From IMG/VR virus record IMGVR_UViG_3300020360_000085, positions 186,520 to 250,519 of that record: DNA of 64,000 nucleotides; one strand, 5' to 3'. How positions within the stretch are numbered: the stretch's first letter is position 1; every line of letters begins with the position of its first letter. The position numbers and the translations under genes are program-made. Below are positions 48,326 through 58,715 of this stretch, one piece after another. The notes under the pieces were generated by a model, which saw only the letters and a program-made list of their open reading frames with translations, had not been told where the DNA came from and did no database searches. This DNA comes from a virus. Taxonomy: Duplodnaviria > Caudoviricetes.

Positions 48326-49249
48326 CTAAGTTGCGTTTAATTGAAGTTCTATTAGTGTTGCGGCCAAATTAATTTCAGGATCTGCACACAAACTGCTTTT
48401 AGCCATACCGTTCCTTATTAACACTATTGCTTGGTCTTGTTGTTGCTCTGTTGTACCCCATAAGTCTAAGTTCCTATACATAAACTTGTAAATGTCATCA
48501 TATTCTTCAGGCCTTGCTTGGCTACAAATAAGTGTCCTTGCACCTTTGTAGTCTCCGCCTTTAAACATTTCTATAGCATTTAACATCCAGTCGCTTTGTG
48601 CTTGATCGCCATCTTGTGGACGTTGTAGAATGTTCTCTACCACGTTTTGTTGCACCAGGTTAATACATTTACGCAAATCAGGATAACTTGCTTGTACATA
48701 AGTGTCTAGTGTTTCTAAATCTAGTTGCACACCCTCATCTAAACCAATTTGTGCTATCCTGGCAGTAAACTCATTAATGTCTAGTTTCTCAATATGGAAG
48801 CCTTGACATCTACTATGTAATGCAGGAATAATTCTTTGTGGATAATTACAAGTTAAAATAAATCTACAACTAGTGTGATACATCTCCATAACACCACGTA
48901 ATGCCGCCTGACCGTTAGGTGTAATATAGTCTGCTTCGTCAAGTAATACATACTTAATATCGCCAAACGGCATTGTGGACGAAAAGTTTGTTATCTTGTT
49001 TCTGATAGTATCAACATTGTTTTCATTACTAGCATTTATTTCTAGTATGTCCATGTCATCTACTTCAAGTTCCAGTAACAAAACTTTCGCTAGTGTAGTC
49101 TTTCCTACACCAGGGGCACCACTGAATAGCAAGTGTGGTAGTGCCCCTTCTTTAACCCAACCACTTACCTGTTGGCGTTGGCCCTCATCTCGAAACACAT
49201 AGGTACCTATGCTTGAGGGCCGATATTTTTCTGTCCAAAGTTCTTTCAT
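48326..49249 (-). CDS. Clamp loader ATPase subunit (RFC/gp44-like)
   Basis: WTEKYRP, GAPGVGKT, INAS, LLDEAD, SRC. Confidence 0.95.
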   Translation of the reverse strand: MKELWTEKYRPSSIGTYVFRDEGQRQQVSGWVKEGALPHLLFSGAPGVGKTTLAKVLLLELEVDDMDILEINASNENNVDTIRNKITNFSSTMPFGDIKYVLLDEADYITPNGQAALRGVMEMYHTSCRFILTCNYPQRIIPALHSRCQGFHIEKLDINEFTARIAQIGLDEGVQLDLETLDTYVQASYPDLRKCINLVQQNVVENILQRPQDGDQAQSDWMLNAIEMFKGGDYKGARTLICSQARPEEYDDIYKFMYRNLDLWGTTEQQQDQAIVLIRNGMAKSSLCADPEINLAATLIELQLNAT

Positions 49250-49572
49250 ACATTAAGTCCTATAAAAAGCATAACTCCACCCATTACTGCTAACATAAGA
49301 AATTGTATAACAGCCATAACAGTTATCTGTTTCATAGGATGTAATTTATCTATAGAACCTAATTGTTCAGCCTGTGTGTTTTTTATTTTAGTATATTCTT
49401 TCATAAGTTTACCAGTTGTGTATAATATTTGCCATAATTAATATTGCACACAAAACATTTACTAAAAGTATTGTTGTTCTAATTACTCCAACAACATCAT
49501 CATTAGTAGGATCATATCCATCTTGTTCACTATACGAACCTAATGCATGTTTCCAGATTGTCCATAAATTTT

Positions 49573-49824
49573 TCAATGTATTGTCCTCTTTTTAGTTTCG
49601 TTGCTATCAACATATCTAATTTCGATCAATTCATCAACATCAGTATTTCTAATTTCATCTATTATAGCAATAAAATCTTCTTTGTCAAGATTTAATTTTA
49701 AATGTTTTATTGCTACTGCAAATACTACACTTGCAATAGTAATAGGATGATGGCCTTCTTTAATTTGATCTTGAAAGATATCATCAATCATATCTAGAAT
49801 AACTTCCATTTCTGTATCTGTCAT
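49573..49824 (-). CDS. Hypothetical protein
   Basis: ORF track. Confidence 0.65.
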   Translation of the reverse strand: MTDTEMEVILDMIDDIFQDQIKEGHHPITIASVVFAVAIKHLKLNLDKEDFIAIIDEIRNTDVDELIEIRYVDSNETKKRTIH

Positions 49825-49915
49825 TCTTGATTATGCCTCGGGTCTTGTTGTTGCTTAATAAGTTCTTTTAATTGTTCCTCTGTATATTGAGGTCTTTGTT
49901 GTTGTTGTGGTTGGC

Positions 49916-50080
49916 TCATATCTCTATCACATCTCCTGCTTTTGGTTGATTTCTCTTACTATTATACCATTCAAAACTGCAATACGCATCACAAAATACA
50001 TGTTTTTTATCTGCTGTAAAATATTTTACATTACTTAAATTAACTTGTTTATTACATGTACTACAAGGAAGAGTCTGCAT
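49916..50080 (-). CDS. Small zinc-finger protein (CxxC...CxxxC), 54 aa
   Basis: Manual translation MQTLPCSTCNKQ...FCDAYCSFEW; sigma70 promoter at 50087-50114. Confidence 0.65.
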   Translation of the reverse strand: MQTLPCSTCNKQVNLSNVKYFTADKKHVFCDAYCSFEWYNSKRNQPKAGDVIEI

Positions 50081-50103
50081 AGTAGTATTATACTATATTA
50101 CTT

Positions 50104-51069
50104 TTATATGTCAAGTGATTCTAGCAAAGATTCTTTGTTAGGAATATTATGATTTAAAATATATAAAGTTACAATATCTTTATCCTCTTTAGATAATAGA
50201 GATATATTTAAATGTTCTGGCCATGTAACGTTATTAATTTCCCAATCATATCCATTTGTGTTAATCCAATCGTGTAATTTAGGCAGTTCCATTATATTGT
50301 CTTTGTGTATTGTAGACGTAATACTAAAGTCATAGCCGTATTTTTTAACTTGAGATATAAAGTTTAGTATGTCTTGCCAATTACTGCCTTCTCTGACTCT
50401 GTCATTAGTTTCTCCTATGCCATCTATACTGATGTAGAACATAACTTTTTTACATCTGTCCCATGCTATTTTCATTCTGTCTGTTATACCATGGGTACCA
50501 TTTGTATTATATATCGCTGTAAGTTCCTTAGCAGACTTAAAACTTTCTATAAATCTAATATGCCTGTTAGTCATTAAAGGTTCACCGCCTAAAAACAAAA
50601 CAGTATTAATTGTGTCAGGAATATTTTTAAATTCATCTGTGTCTTTAATTAATTGTTTGGGTGGTAAATCAGGATATAGTTTTTTGCCCCAAGCATTACT
50701 CCATTCTGGAGAACACATTACACACATTAGATTACAAATGTTATCATATCCTACTTCAACAAAGTCTAGGCTAACAGATTTACAATCATATCTCTTATTA
50801 AATTCTATTCTTCTTGCAGGTGCATAAACTGTTTTTCTTTCTAAAAAGCCTTCTGCTTCTTCGTCATAACATTTTTGGCAACCAGGTATATGCTCTCCTG
50901 CTTTTGCTTTTTGTCTAAGTTCCTCATATACAGGTAGTGTAAGTATTTTGTTTATATCGCCATCAAAATTTGCAACAGGATATTTAAACCTGCAACAAGG
51001 AAATACTCTGTTATCGCTTCTTATGTTTGTGTGATGCCAAAAGGCACTACATATTGTTTTATTACTCAT
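50104..51069 (-). CDS. Radical SAM protein with N-terminal SPASM/twitch-like region
   Basis: CNLMCVMC, FLGGEP, YNTNGT, ISIDG. Confidence 0.85.
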   Translation of the reverse strand: MSNKTICSAFWHHTNIRSDNRVFPCCRFKYPVANFDGDINKILTLPVYEELRQKAKAGEHIPGCQKCYDEEAEGFLERKTVYAPARRIEFNKRYDCKSVSLDFVEVGYDNICNLMCVMCSPEWSNAWGKKLYPDLPPKQLIKDTDEFKNIPDTINTVLFLGGEPLMTNRHIRFIESFKSAKELTAIYNTNGTHGITDRMKIAWDRCKKVMFYISIDGIGETNDRVREGSNWQDILNFISQVKKYGYDFSITSTIHKDNIMELPKLHDWINTNGYDWEINNVTWPEHLNISLLSKEDKDIVTLYILNHNIPNKESLLESLDI

Positions 51070-51865
51070 CTCTTTGACTTTTATTTAAATCTATTGCTTT
51101 CTTTAAAAGTTTAAGTTCGTTCTTTTTAAGTTTACTATAATAAAGAAACGCCTTTGTATCTTTTGGAAAACAATGACCACCAAAGCCAAATTGTCCGTCA
51201 GGTCCAGGTACTTGCATATGACTATTACCTATGCGAGTATCTCTGGTAACCATATCAATAAATTGTTCCCATGTACTATGAGAGCCACTTGCTTGATGTA
51301 GTTTAAAAAGTTCGTTAAACCATGTAACTTTGGTAGCCAACCAACTATTTATAGAGTATTTAATTAAACTTGCAGTAATTAAATCAACTTTAAATGTAGG
51401 TACAGTTCTCACACTACTATGGCGTATATATGCTTTTTCTACAGTTTCGCAATCTCTCCATTTGCCGCCAAGTATTTGCATATTTGGATTTATAAAGTCT
51501 TGCAAACTGTTCGCCTCAGTTAAAAATTCAGGATTGTAAACTATCTTCAATCCTTTACCAAAGTCTTTTTTCATTTTTGTTAAATGATCTGGAGTAATTG
51601 TACTTTTAATTACACATATACCTTTGTAACGTAAATCCCATAAATCTTTTAAAACATCTCTAACAATACTTACATCTACATCATCATGACTAGGAAGTTT
51701 ATTAGTAGGGACACAAATAAAAAGGAGTGGCGGATCATAATTGACAAGGTCAATAATTGTGTTGTCGTTTATTAGGGGATCCACCACAAACTGTTGGACA
51801 TCTCTGTCAAAACCATAGGCAACTGCAGAACCCACAAAGCCTTTGCCTATTATTCCTAGTTTCAT
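51062..51865 (-). CDS. UDP-glucose/GDP-mannose dehydrogenase family
   Basis: IIGKGFVG, KSTI, YNPEFL, GFGGHCFPKD. Confidence 0.9.
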   Translation of the reverse strand: MKLGIIGKGFVGSAVAYGFDRDVQQFVVDPLINDNTIIDLVNYDPPLLFICVPTNKLPSHDDVDVSIVRDVLKDLWDLRYKGICVIKSTITPDHLTKMKKDFGKGLKIVYNPEFLTEANSLQDFINPNMQILGGKWRDCETVEKAYIRHSSVRTVPTFKVDLITASLIKYSINSWLATKVTWFNELFKLHQASGSHSTWEQFIDMVTRDTRIGNSHMQVPGPDGQFGFGGHCFPKDTKAFLYYSKLKKNELKLLKKAIDLNKSQRDE

Positions 51866-52098
51866 CTTTGTAACTTTCGTTCAGCCTGCTCTAACCTTTT
51901 CTCTTCCAACCATTCGTCTTCGCCTGAATATTTAGGTGCATTTTCTATCATCTCTTTAGCATAAAAATAAATTTCATAAATTTTTTGCTTACACCCCCAA
52001 CCATTAAATCCATCTATGTTTGGGTCGTGCATAACACCGTCCCATTGCCATAGTTGTTCTTTAATTTTTTCTTTACCTGTTTTTTCTATGTATGGCAT
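51862..52098 (-). CDS. Hypothetical protein
   Basis: ORF track. Confidence 0.65.
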   Translation of the reverse strand: MPYIEKTGKEKIKEQLWQWDGVMHDPNIDGFNGWGCKQKIYEIYFYAKEMIENAPKYSGEDEWLEEKRLEQAERKLQR

Positions 52099-52261
52099 CT
52101 GTTGTTCCTGCTTCTAATCCAATAGCACTTAAAATACAAAATATAGATAATATTAGCCACCATGGACTTATGTTTGCAAAAATAACACCTGCGAGTATTG
52201 TAATACCCGTAAGTCCTATTGTTGTAACACCTGTTGCATGTTTTACTTCTGGCAGTTTCAT
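52073..52261 (-). CDS. Small membrane protein
   Basis: Two hydrophobic segments. Confidence 0.6.
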   Translation of the reverse strand: MKLPEVKHATGVTTIGLTGITILAGVIFANISPWWLILSIFCILSAIGLEAGTTDAIHRKNR

Positions 52262-52677
52262 TAGTCTCTTTCCTTTTTAATGGCACCAATAGTACTACCT
52301 GTAATATTTAATGTTGAGGCTGATGGATCTGTATCACTTACTAGCATACATGCAGATGGTTCTACCTTCCAAATTTTTTGATCTGGATCTAATCTATCGT
52401 CTTGTGGTATTTTAAAACCTTCAGTCCAACGGCCATATTCTACATATACCCATTGTCCAGGTTTTAGATAATCTATATTAGGACCAACATCAAATACTTT
52501 AAACCATCTAGGCGTAACACCTTCTGCTTTTCCTATTGTGGATTTAACTATGATTCCGTATTCAGTTGTTTTATCACCGAAGTCTCCTTCAATGCAAAAT
52601 ATGTTATCAGTCCTTGGTCTTACCCTTGGCATCTGGTGCATCCTCCTTGGTATAATATGGAACCATTTCGATGTCAC
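52261..52677 (-). CDS. GroES-like co-chaperonin (true start likely MPRVRP)
   Basis: KTTEYGIIV mobile loop, VFDVGP, LKPGQWV. Confidence 0.6.
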   Translation of the reverse strand: MTSKWFHIIPRRMHQMPRVRPRTDNIFCIEGDFGDKTTEYGIIVKSTIGKAEGVTPRWFKVFDVGPNIDYLKPGQWVYVEYGRWTEGFKIPQDDRLDPDQKIWKVEPSACMLVSDTDPSASTLNITGSTIGAIKKERD

Positions 52678-53092
52678 CGTTTGGGAGTTCTACTTCTTTA
52701 TAGCCTAGTGGCTCTTGCTCATCAAAACTCTCACCTTGTGGTGCCTCTGGTTCTGGTTGCTTAACTTTTTGTTGTTTTTTGGCTTCAGTTCGCACATTTT
52801 CTTTAGCCGTTTTAGCCGTCTTAACTTCTGGTGTTGCACCATCAGGTGTTAATTTTCCAGATGTTGTTGGCGTTGGTCCTTTAAGACTTTGTTGTGCTGT
52901 ACTACTCTGTGGATTATCTTTGTAGTATGCTCTAACCCTTTGGTCTCTACCTTCTACAATTTCTCCACCAGGACCTAAAGTATTACCTTCAGCATCAACA
53001 CCCATATTACCCATTGCAGGTATATCTTTTTGTTGTGCCATTATAGAGTCTAAGTCTATAACTTGTCCTTTGTTAGTTCTTCTGTTTACCAT
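52607..53092 (-). CDS. Hypothetical phage protein
   Basis: ORF track. Confidence 0.75.
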   Translation of the reverse strand: MVNRRTNKGQVIDLDSIMAQQKDIPAMGNMGVDAEGNTLGPGGEIVEGRDQRVRAYYKDNPQSSTAQQSLKGPTPTTSGKLTPDGATPEVKTAKTAKENVRTEAKKQQKVKQPEPEAPQGESFDEQEPLGYKEVELPNGDIEMVPYYTKEDAPDAKGKTKD

Positions 53093-53568
53093 TATTTTAA
53101 AAATTCCTTGATATCTAATTCATATTTATGGCTATCTACCTTGTGTACACCCAAAATATAGAGCAAATAACTGGCGACACTACTTCCTCTGCCTACACCC
53201 CACACCAAATTATTTTGTCTCATAGTGTCTATTATATAAACTAAAAGTTGTAATATAGGGTATAAACCACGTTCTTTGTACATGGCTAACTCCATTTCTA
53301 CTCTCCCTATCTCGTCGGGATCACGTTGCACGAGTTTTTCATGTACATATTTTTCTATATCAAGTTCTTTATAGTGTTTAGGTATATTGAAGTCTTTGCT
53401 TATAAGTACATCATCATTAATAGGCAACAAGTCTAATTCAACACAATGTTTATTGAACTGATCTACACTTTCAAATGCAACATCATAAATGCCTTTATCT
53501 CTGTATAGTAATTCTATACCTTGTTGCTCAGTCGCCAGATAATCTTTCATATTAACATTATATGACAT
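53092..53568 (-). CDS. Stand-alone fragment homologous to DNA Pol III alpha (DnaE)
   Basis: VWGVGRGSSVASYLLYILGVHKVD matches DnaE GPGRGS motif; ends before catalytic PDxDxD. Confidence 0.75.
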   Translation of the reverse strand: MSYNVNMKDYLATEQQGIELLYRDKGIYDVAFESVDQFNKHCVELDLLPINDDVLISKDFNIPKHYKELDIEKYVHEKLVQRDPDEIGRVEMELAMYKERGLYPILQLLVYIIDTMRQNNLVWGVGRGSSVASYLLYILGVHKVDSHKYELDIKEFLK

Positions 53569-53586
53569 AGTTGTCTAAAAGTCAAG

Positions 53587-54345
53587 TTAATTTGGATCTT
53601 TTGGAACTAATTTTGGCTTAAATTTCTTTTTAGCAAAGTCAACTTCTATAAGTTTACCTTTTTCTATAACTTGTGGGTCTTCTCCGTCTAAATGTTCTTT
53701 TGCTAACTCTCCTATAATTTGTCCTTCTATTTCTCTTATAGGAGCAGACATTTTATCGTTTACACTATCTCTGTCTGTGTTCTCAAAAAACATATCATAT
53801 TCTTCCTTGTTTGGTAAAAAGTTATCATATGTACTAAAGTCCTTTCTAAACCACCAAGGAGTTTCCCAAACACTAAACTCGCCTAACCAAGTTTTAATAT
53901 TAGGTAGTGAGTCGTACTTTAAATCATCAGAAAACATTTCATATGATAATGTTTCATCCATCTCTTTAAGTTTAAGCATTTCTACTATACTACTATCATG
54001 ACATAGTGTATTAAGTTTTGCATGTAAACAAGATATTAAACATGCTTCATTTATTGTTGGCAATATCATAAAATTATTATCATAAGGACTAAAAATATTT
54101 TCTGCCTGAGTTTTAGATTCTAAATCATACATCACAGTTTGATGTAATTGTTCATATACAAAACTGCTAATTGTACTAAAACTTATATTTTGATATATGT
54201 ATGCTTGGTCATAAGTTACATCGCTTGATTGTTCTGTGCGTAATGTGAAAGACAGTTCATATAATACTGCCTTAATACTTTTACTGTGGTCATCTAAAAC
54301 AATACCTTTAAAAGGAATAGTTTTGCTTACTGTGAGTATGTTCAT
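53587..54345 (-). CDS. Hypothetical protein
   Basis: ORF track. Confidence 0.75.
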   Translation of the reverse strand: MNILTVSKTIPFKGIVLDDHSKSIKAVLYELSFTLRTEQSSDVTYDQAYIYQNISFSTISSFVYEQLHQTVMYDLESKTQAENIFSPYDNNFMILPTINEACLISCLHAKLNTLCHDSSIVEMLKLKEMDETLSYEMFSDDLKYDSLPNIKTWLGEFSVWETPWWFRKDFSTYDNFLPNKEEYDMFFENTDRDSVNDKMSAPIREIEGQIIGELAKEHLDGEDPQVIEKGKLIEVDFAKKKFKPKLVPKDPN

Positions 54346-54791
54346 GTTTTTGCTCCAAACACAGGTATATTACCAACATCAGGCTTTGCTCCTGAACTTT
54401 TAATTGGTCTGTCTACAGGTGTTATAAATGTTGGTGTAGTTTTTCTACTACCCGTAACTGGTTTATCTATACCTTCACTCTTGGAAGGTTTATCTCCAGA
54501 ATAAAATCTTTTAAAATATGTAATTAACTCTTGCTTAGAGTAATCAGGAGTTTCAATTTTTTCTTCTATTTGGCCTATTTCTAGTACGTCTGGTTCTTCT
54601 TTTATTGTACGTTGAGCCACAACTACAGTTAATTGATCTTTTGCCATGTCTAACATGTTTCCAATTTGCTGTCTTATAGTTGAATCTTTTACTAATGCAT
54701 AAAATTTTGTGTTAAGTTTTGTAATCTCATCACGTAACTCTTGCTCTTTTAAGCCTTGTAATTTATCAAAATAGTCAAAGTGTTCTGTCAT
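54342..54791 (-). CDS. Hypothetical protein
   Basis: ORF track. Confidence 0.7.
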   Translation of the reverse strand: MTEHFDYFDKLQGLKEQELRDEITKLNTKFYALVKDSTIRQQIGNMLDMAKDQLTVVVAQRTIKEEPDVLEIGQIEEKIETPDYSKQELITYFKRFYSGDKPSKSEGIDKPVTGSRKTTPTFITPVDRPIKSSGAKPDVGNIPVFGAKT

Positions 54792-55603
54792 TTTAATCTA
54801 TCAAAGTGATAATCTAGTGTAGTTTCACTAATTGTAACTTTGCGTCTCCTTTGTCTTAAAATAATATCCATATAACTAGGAGTATTTAAAACTAATTTTT
54901 CTATTGTGTAACTTTCCTGGTTACCATCTGCGGCACAATTATAACCTTTTATTTTATGAGTCCAGGAACCTAAGTTTGTAGGATACGTTTCCTGTTCGTA
55001 ATTTTTCATATCTACACCTGCTAATGTTAATACAGCAATATTGCCAAATATATCAGGAGTATCTGCGTAAACGGTAGTTTTTTCTCTTGCATTTGTTTTA
55101 TCTAACATAATAGTAAAGTTATTAGAACTTAAAAGTTTATTGTGGTTATCACCAAAAGTTTTTTTAAATCCTAAAGTTTCAAATATTTCGAAATTAGGAA
55201 CTGCATTATTGTTAATTACTAGGCCTGTAAATCTTGTAGGTCCATATAGAACTTTTTGTTTTTGATTTATTGTTGTGTAAAAACTTGTAATAGAACTTTC
55301 TATACCAGTTTCTGTATTAAGATATAATTCAAGTCCATTAATATTACAGATATGCCATGTTGATACGTCATCATAGTAAGCACCAGATACTGCGATAGTT
55401 TCTTGATGGCATACTAAACCTAAACCTGCAAATCCTGTATATGCTGGATCTCCTTTAACTAAAATAATACATTCATTAAGATGCCAGAAATGGCAATCGT
55501 AATCATTACGTTTAGTTACTTTTGCATATCCTAATTTTTCTAGTTCTGTTTCTGTTTGTCCTTGGTTTTGTGTTTTATAAACCAAAAAGTTTACTATACT
55601 CAT
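54788..55603 (-). CDS. VOC/HppD-N-like hypothetical protein
   Basis: LEKLGY and FETLGF repeated VOC-like halves; start placed at MSIVNF. Confidence 0.4.
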   Translation of the reverse strand: MSIVNFLVYKTQNQGQTETELEKLGYAKVTKRNDYDCHFWHLNECIILVKGDPAYTGFAGLGLVCHQETIAVSGAYYDDVSTWHICNINGLELYLNTETGIESSITSFYTTINQKQKVLYGPTRFTGLVINNNAVPNFEIFETLGFKKTFGDNHNKLLSSNNFTIMLDKTNAREKTTVYADTPDIFGNIAVLTLAGVDMKNYEQETYPTNLGSWTHKIKGYNCAADGNQESYTIEKLVLNTPSYMDIILRQRRRKVTISETTLDYHFDRLK

Positions 55604-55962
55604 ATGCCTGCAAACTGAATACTTTCTCCACAACCACAACTGCTAACTGCTTGAGGAGATTGTACCACTAGTGTTTTTCCTTTTATGCCTTCATCTAATA
55701 AATCAATAATGCTTCCAGATATGTAAGGCTTACAAATATCTTCAACAATAATTGAATAATTTCCTAATTTAGTTATTGCATATTCATCTGCATTAAATTC
55801 ATGTACAATTTTCCATTCATATTCGAAACCTGCACACCCACTTGGTTTTACTCCTAAAGACACGCCTACGCCATTTTGGTTTTCGATTTGTGTAACTAGA
55901 TGATCAGTTGCTGATTCTGTAACTGTTATAAATTCTGGATTGTAAGTTTTTATCATTTCCAT
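55600..55962 (-). CDS. iscA: A-type Fe-S carrier (IscA/HesB)
   Basis: ITVTESA, SGCAGFEY, SCGCGES. Confidence 0.92.
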   Translation of the reverse strand: MEMIKTYNPEFITVTESATDHLVTQIENQNGVGVSLGVKPSGCAGFEYEWKIVHEFNADEYAITKLGNYSIIVEDICKPYISGSIIDLLDEGIKGKTLVVQSPQAVSSCGCGESIQFAGI

Positions 55963-56006
55963 ACCTATATTTATCATATAAAAGTATGGATTTTAGGAGT
56001 ATAGAA

Positions 56007-56597
56007 TTACTCTCTATTAGAAATTATTTCGTCAACTAAACCAAAGTCTAAGGCTTCTTGTGCTGTCATGAAGTTATCTCTGTCCATTGCAGACTCAAAC
56101 TCCTCATAAGTTTTACCTTTAGTATTATGCCTAACATAAGCATCTGTTAGTTCTTTTTTAATTCTGATTATTTCATTTGCACGAATCTGTATATCACTTG
56201 CTTGTCCACTTGCACCGCCTAAAGGTTGGTGTATCATATGTCTAGCACCAGGCAACATAAAACGTTTATTAGGAGCACCTGCATTTGCGAGGAAACTACC
56301 CATACTAGCCGCCTGTCCCATAACAATAGTTGATACATCTGGCTTAATATACTGCATTGTATCGTACATAGCCATACCACTTGTTACTACTCCGCCAGGA
56401 CTGTTGATATAAAAGTTTATATCTGCGTCAGGATCTTCTGCTTCAAGGAAAAGTAACTGAGCACAAATGCTGTTACTTACTGCGTCATTAACTTCCCCAT
56501 TTAGGAACACAATTCGTTCTTTTAGCAATCTGCTATAGATGTCGTAACTGCGTTCTCCATTGGAGGTCTTTTCTATTACATAGGGTACAAAATTCAT
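56007..56597 (-). CDS. clpP: ATP-dependent Clp protease proteolytic subunit
   Basis: DIYSRLL, YINSPGG, AASMG (Ser), MIHQP (His), DRD (Asp). Confidence 0.97.
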   Translation of the reverse strand: MNFVPYVIEKTSNGERSYDIYSRLLKERIVFLNGEVNDAVSNSICAQLLFLEAEDPDADINFYINSPGGVVTSGMAMYDTMQYIKPDVSTIVMGQAASMGSFLANAGAPNKRFMLPGARHMIHQPLGGASGQASDIQIRANEIIRIKKELTDAYVRHNTKGKTYEEFESAMDRDNFMTAQEALDFGLVDEIISNRE

Positions 56598-56607
56598 ATT
56601 AATACTT

Positions 56608-56635
56608 ATTATATAGTCTTTTTAGAATTTGTCAA
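56608..56635 (-). promoter_or_regulatory. sigma70-type promoter for clpP
   Basis: TTGACA-N16-TATAAT. Confidence 0.75.
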
Positions 56636-56641
56636 TAGTGG

Positions 56642-58711
56642 TCAGTCTGAATATACTTCTAGATCTCTAAAAATTAATACATTAGAATCTTCTATATTAA
56701 TATCTGCAGGAGATCGATATCCTACATCTGTAGGATGATCTGTTGTTGAACTTGCATGTACTGTTGTAGTTGCAAATTGTGTTGCGGCCTTTCCTTGTAT
56801 TTGACCAAATGAGTTTTCAGGTGCTTCTTTTTCTGTTTTAAGATTACTTTTATATGCACCTTGTTTGTAGAACATAACAGGATCTTTCTTTTTAAACTTG
56901 TTATCCATTTCTAATATTTTAGGCATAAGAGTATATGTAGTTTGTTCTTCAGACTCTTCTAGTATATTGTAATCTAAAGTTACTTTTAAAGGATACTCGT
57001 ATTGTTCATTATACATATAAGCATTATTAAATGTAACAACTTCCTCTGGAACATCATAACCTAAATCTTCTCTAACCATTTGTACTGCAATATCTCTTAG
57101 TTCGTTTATATGCTCATATACAAACTTATTAAGTAAGTCTTTCATAAAGTGTCCTGGTGGTAATTCACTTTGTGGAACTCCAAACAATTTAGGAAAGTCA
57201 AAATTAACTTCTAGATTTTTTGCATCAGCAACTTTACCTGTACTTAGGTAATATGTTTCAACTTGTTCTACAAAACCGATTGCGTCTTTTGTTAAAGGAT
57301 GTTCTTTTAATATTTCAAATAATCTATCATAAAATATTCTGTATCTTAATCCAAATTTAGCAAATAGATATCTGGACAGCATTTGTGTTACACCATTTAT
57401 ATGAAACTCTCTTAACAAAATACTATACACCCAACCGTCAACAGTATCGTTTATATCCATTGTTCTGGTTGCTCTTACTAGACCAATCTTCTCAGGTGCA
57501 CCTTGCCAGTCATTTGGATTTTTATAGTTAGTGTAGTCGTATGCTTCTATAATATCTAATCCATACTCTTCCCTGTAAGCAGGTGTATTCATTTCGCTAT
57601 TTTTAAGTATTTGTGTATTCCAAACACTTATAGCATAGTGTTGTCCTATCTCTAATATTTTACTTAAACCATCTCTCCAACTGTCTTTGGTCTCCTCAGG
57701 CATAGGTAAAATAAGTTCTGTATAACTATATAAGTTTCTTTTGTTTGCTTCTTTAAGCAAATGCTCTAACTTATTCATTTGCAAGTTTTTTCTTTTAATT
57801 GCTTCTAATACACTCTCTGACATACTTTGTACAGCAAAAGTTATTCCTCTACTATAAGGCCCTAGTATAGTTGCAATTTCTAAACAAACATCTGTATTGT
57901 TTTTGTTGTATTGAAAATTTATACCGTCTATAATACTTTCTGGAGCATCTGCATACTTACGAGCAATTTTGGCTATCTCTATATCTCTGTCTTTAAATAT
58001 ACCTACATTAGCATCAGCACTTAGCACATACGATACTCTGTTCTTACTCATCCACTTCCAGTTGTTCTCAACTCTGTCCATTTCGAACTTTTTGACTTTA
58101 GAGTATGTAAGTCCTCCCCAATCACAAAATGAACAAAGGAACGGACAACCTCTATTGGTTTCGTAAACTGCATTCCAAACTTTGTCTGGATAATTTTGAA
58201 CTAACCAGTCAAACTCTCCTGACTGATATGGATCAACAAGTTCATTAAGTTCATGTATTCTTTCTCCACTTAATGTTCTTGGTAATGGTTCTTTATCTCT
58301 AACCTTTCTTAATAAGTCTACAAATGCAAACTCTCCTTCCAGTTTTAAAAATACGTCTATGTGATCGTATTCATTTTCCATACCTACCCATACATTTGGA
58401 CCACCAAACATTATAACACAATCTGGAAATCTTTCCTTTACAAGTTTGCTCATTGTTAAGTTCCATTCTGTGTTCCATACATAGTTACTAAATCCGCAAA
58501 CTGCAGGATTGTCTAATCGCTCTATTAGTTCTTCTGGATTTTCTCTTGCACAAAATAGTTCTGAACCGAACTCAAAATAGTCTGTAATGTCTTTTTTACT
58601 TTTTGCGTATGCAGTTAAACATGCAATACTGTAAGGTAACCATAGGCTATCCCTACCTGCAACTCTAACTGTATAATTTATCTGAAATAAGTAAACATTT
58701 TTCTTTGACAT
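56642..58711 (-). CDS. B12-binding radical SAM protein
   Basis: WLPYSIA, FSNYVWN, FGGP, LEGE, ETNRGCPFLCSFCDW. Confidence 0.88.
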   Translation of the reverse strand: MSKKNVYLFQINYTVRVAGRDSLWLPYSIACLTAYAKSKKDITDYFEFGSELFCARENPEELIERLDNPAVCGFSNYVWNTEWNLTMSKLVKERFPDCVIMFGGPNVWVGMENEYDHIDVFLKLEGEFAFVDLLRKVRDKEPLPRTLSGERIHELNELVDPYQSGEFDWLVQNYPDKVWNAVYETNRGCPFLCSFCDWGGLTYSKVKKFEMDRVENNWKWMSKNRVSYVLSADANVGIFKDRDIEIAKIARKYADAPESIIDGINFQYNKNNTDVCLEIATILGPYSRGITFAVQSMSESVLEAIKRKNLQMNKLEHLLKEANKRNLYSYTELILPMPEETKDSWRDGLSKILEIGQHYAISVWNTQILKNSEMNTPAYREEYGLDIIEAYDYTNYKNPNDWQGAPEKIGLVRATRTMDINDTVDGWVYSILLREFHINGVTQMLSRYLFAKFGLRYRIFYDRLFEILKEHPLTKDAIGFVEQVETYYLSTGKVADAKNLEVNFDFPKLFGVPQSELPPGHFMKDLLNKFVYEHINELRDIAVQMVREDLGYDVPEEVVTFNNAYMYNEQYEYPLKVTLDYNILEESEEQTTYTLMPKILEMDNKFKKKDPVMFYKQGAYKSNLKTEKEAPENSFGQIQGKAATQFATTTVHASSTTDHPTDVGYRSPADINIEDSNVLIFRDLEVYSD

Positions 58712-58715
58712 GTTA

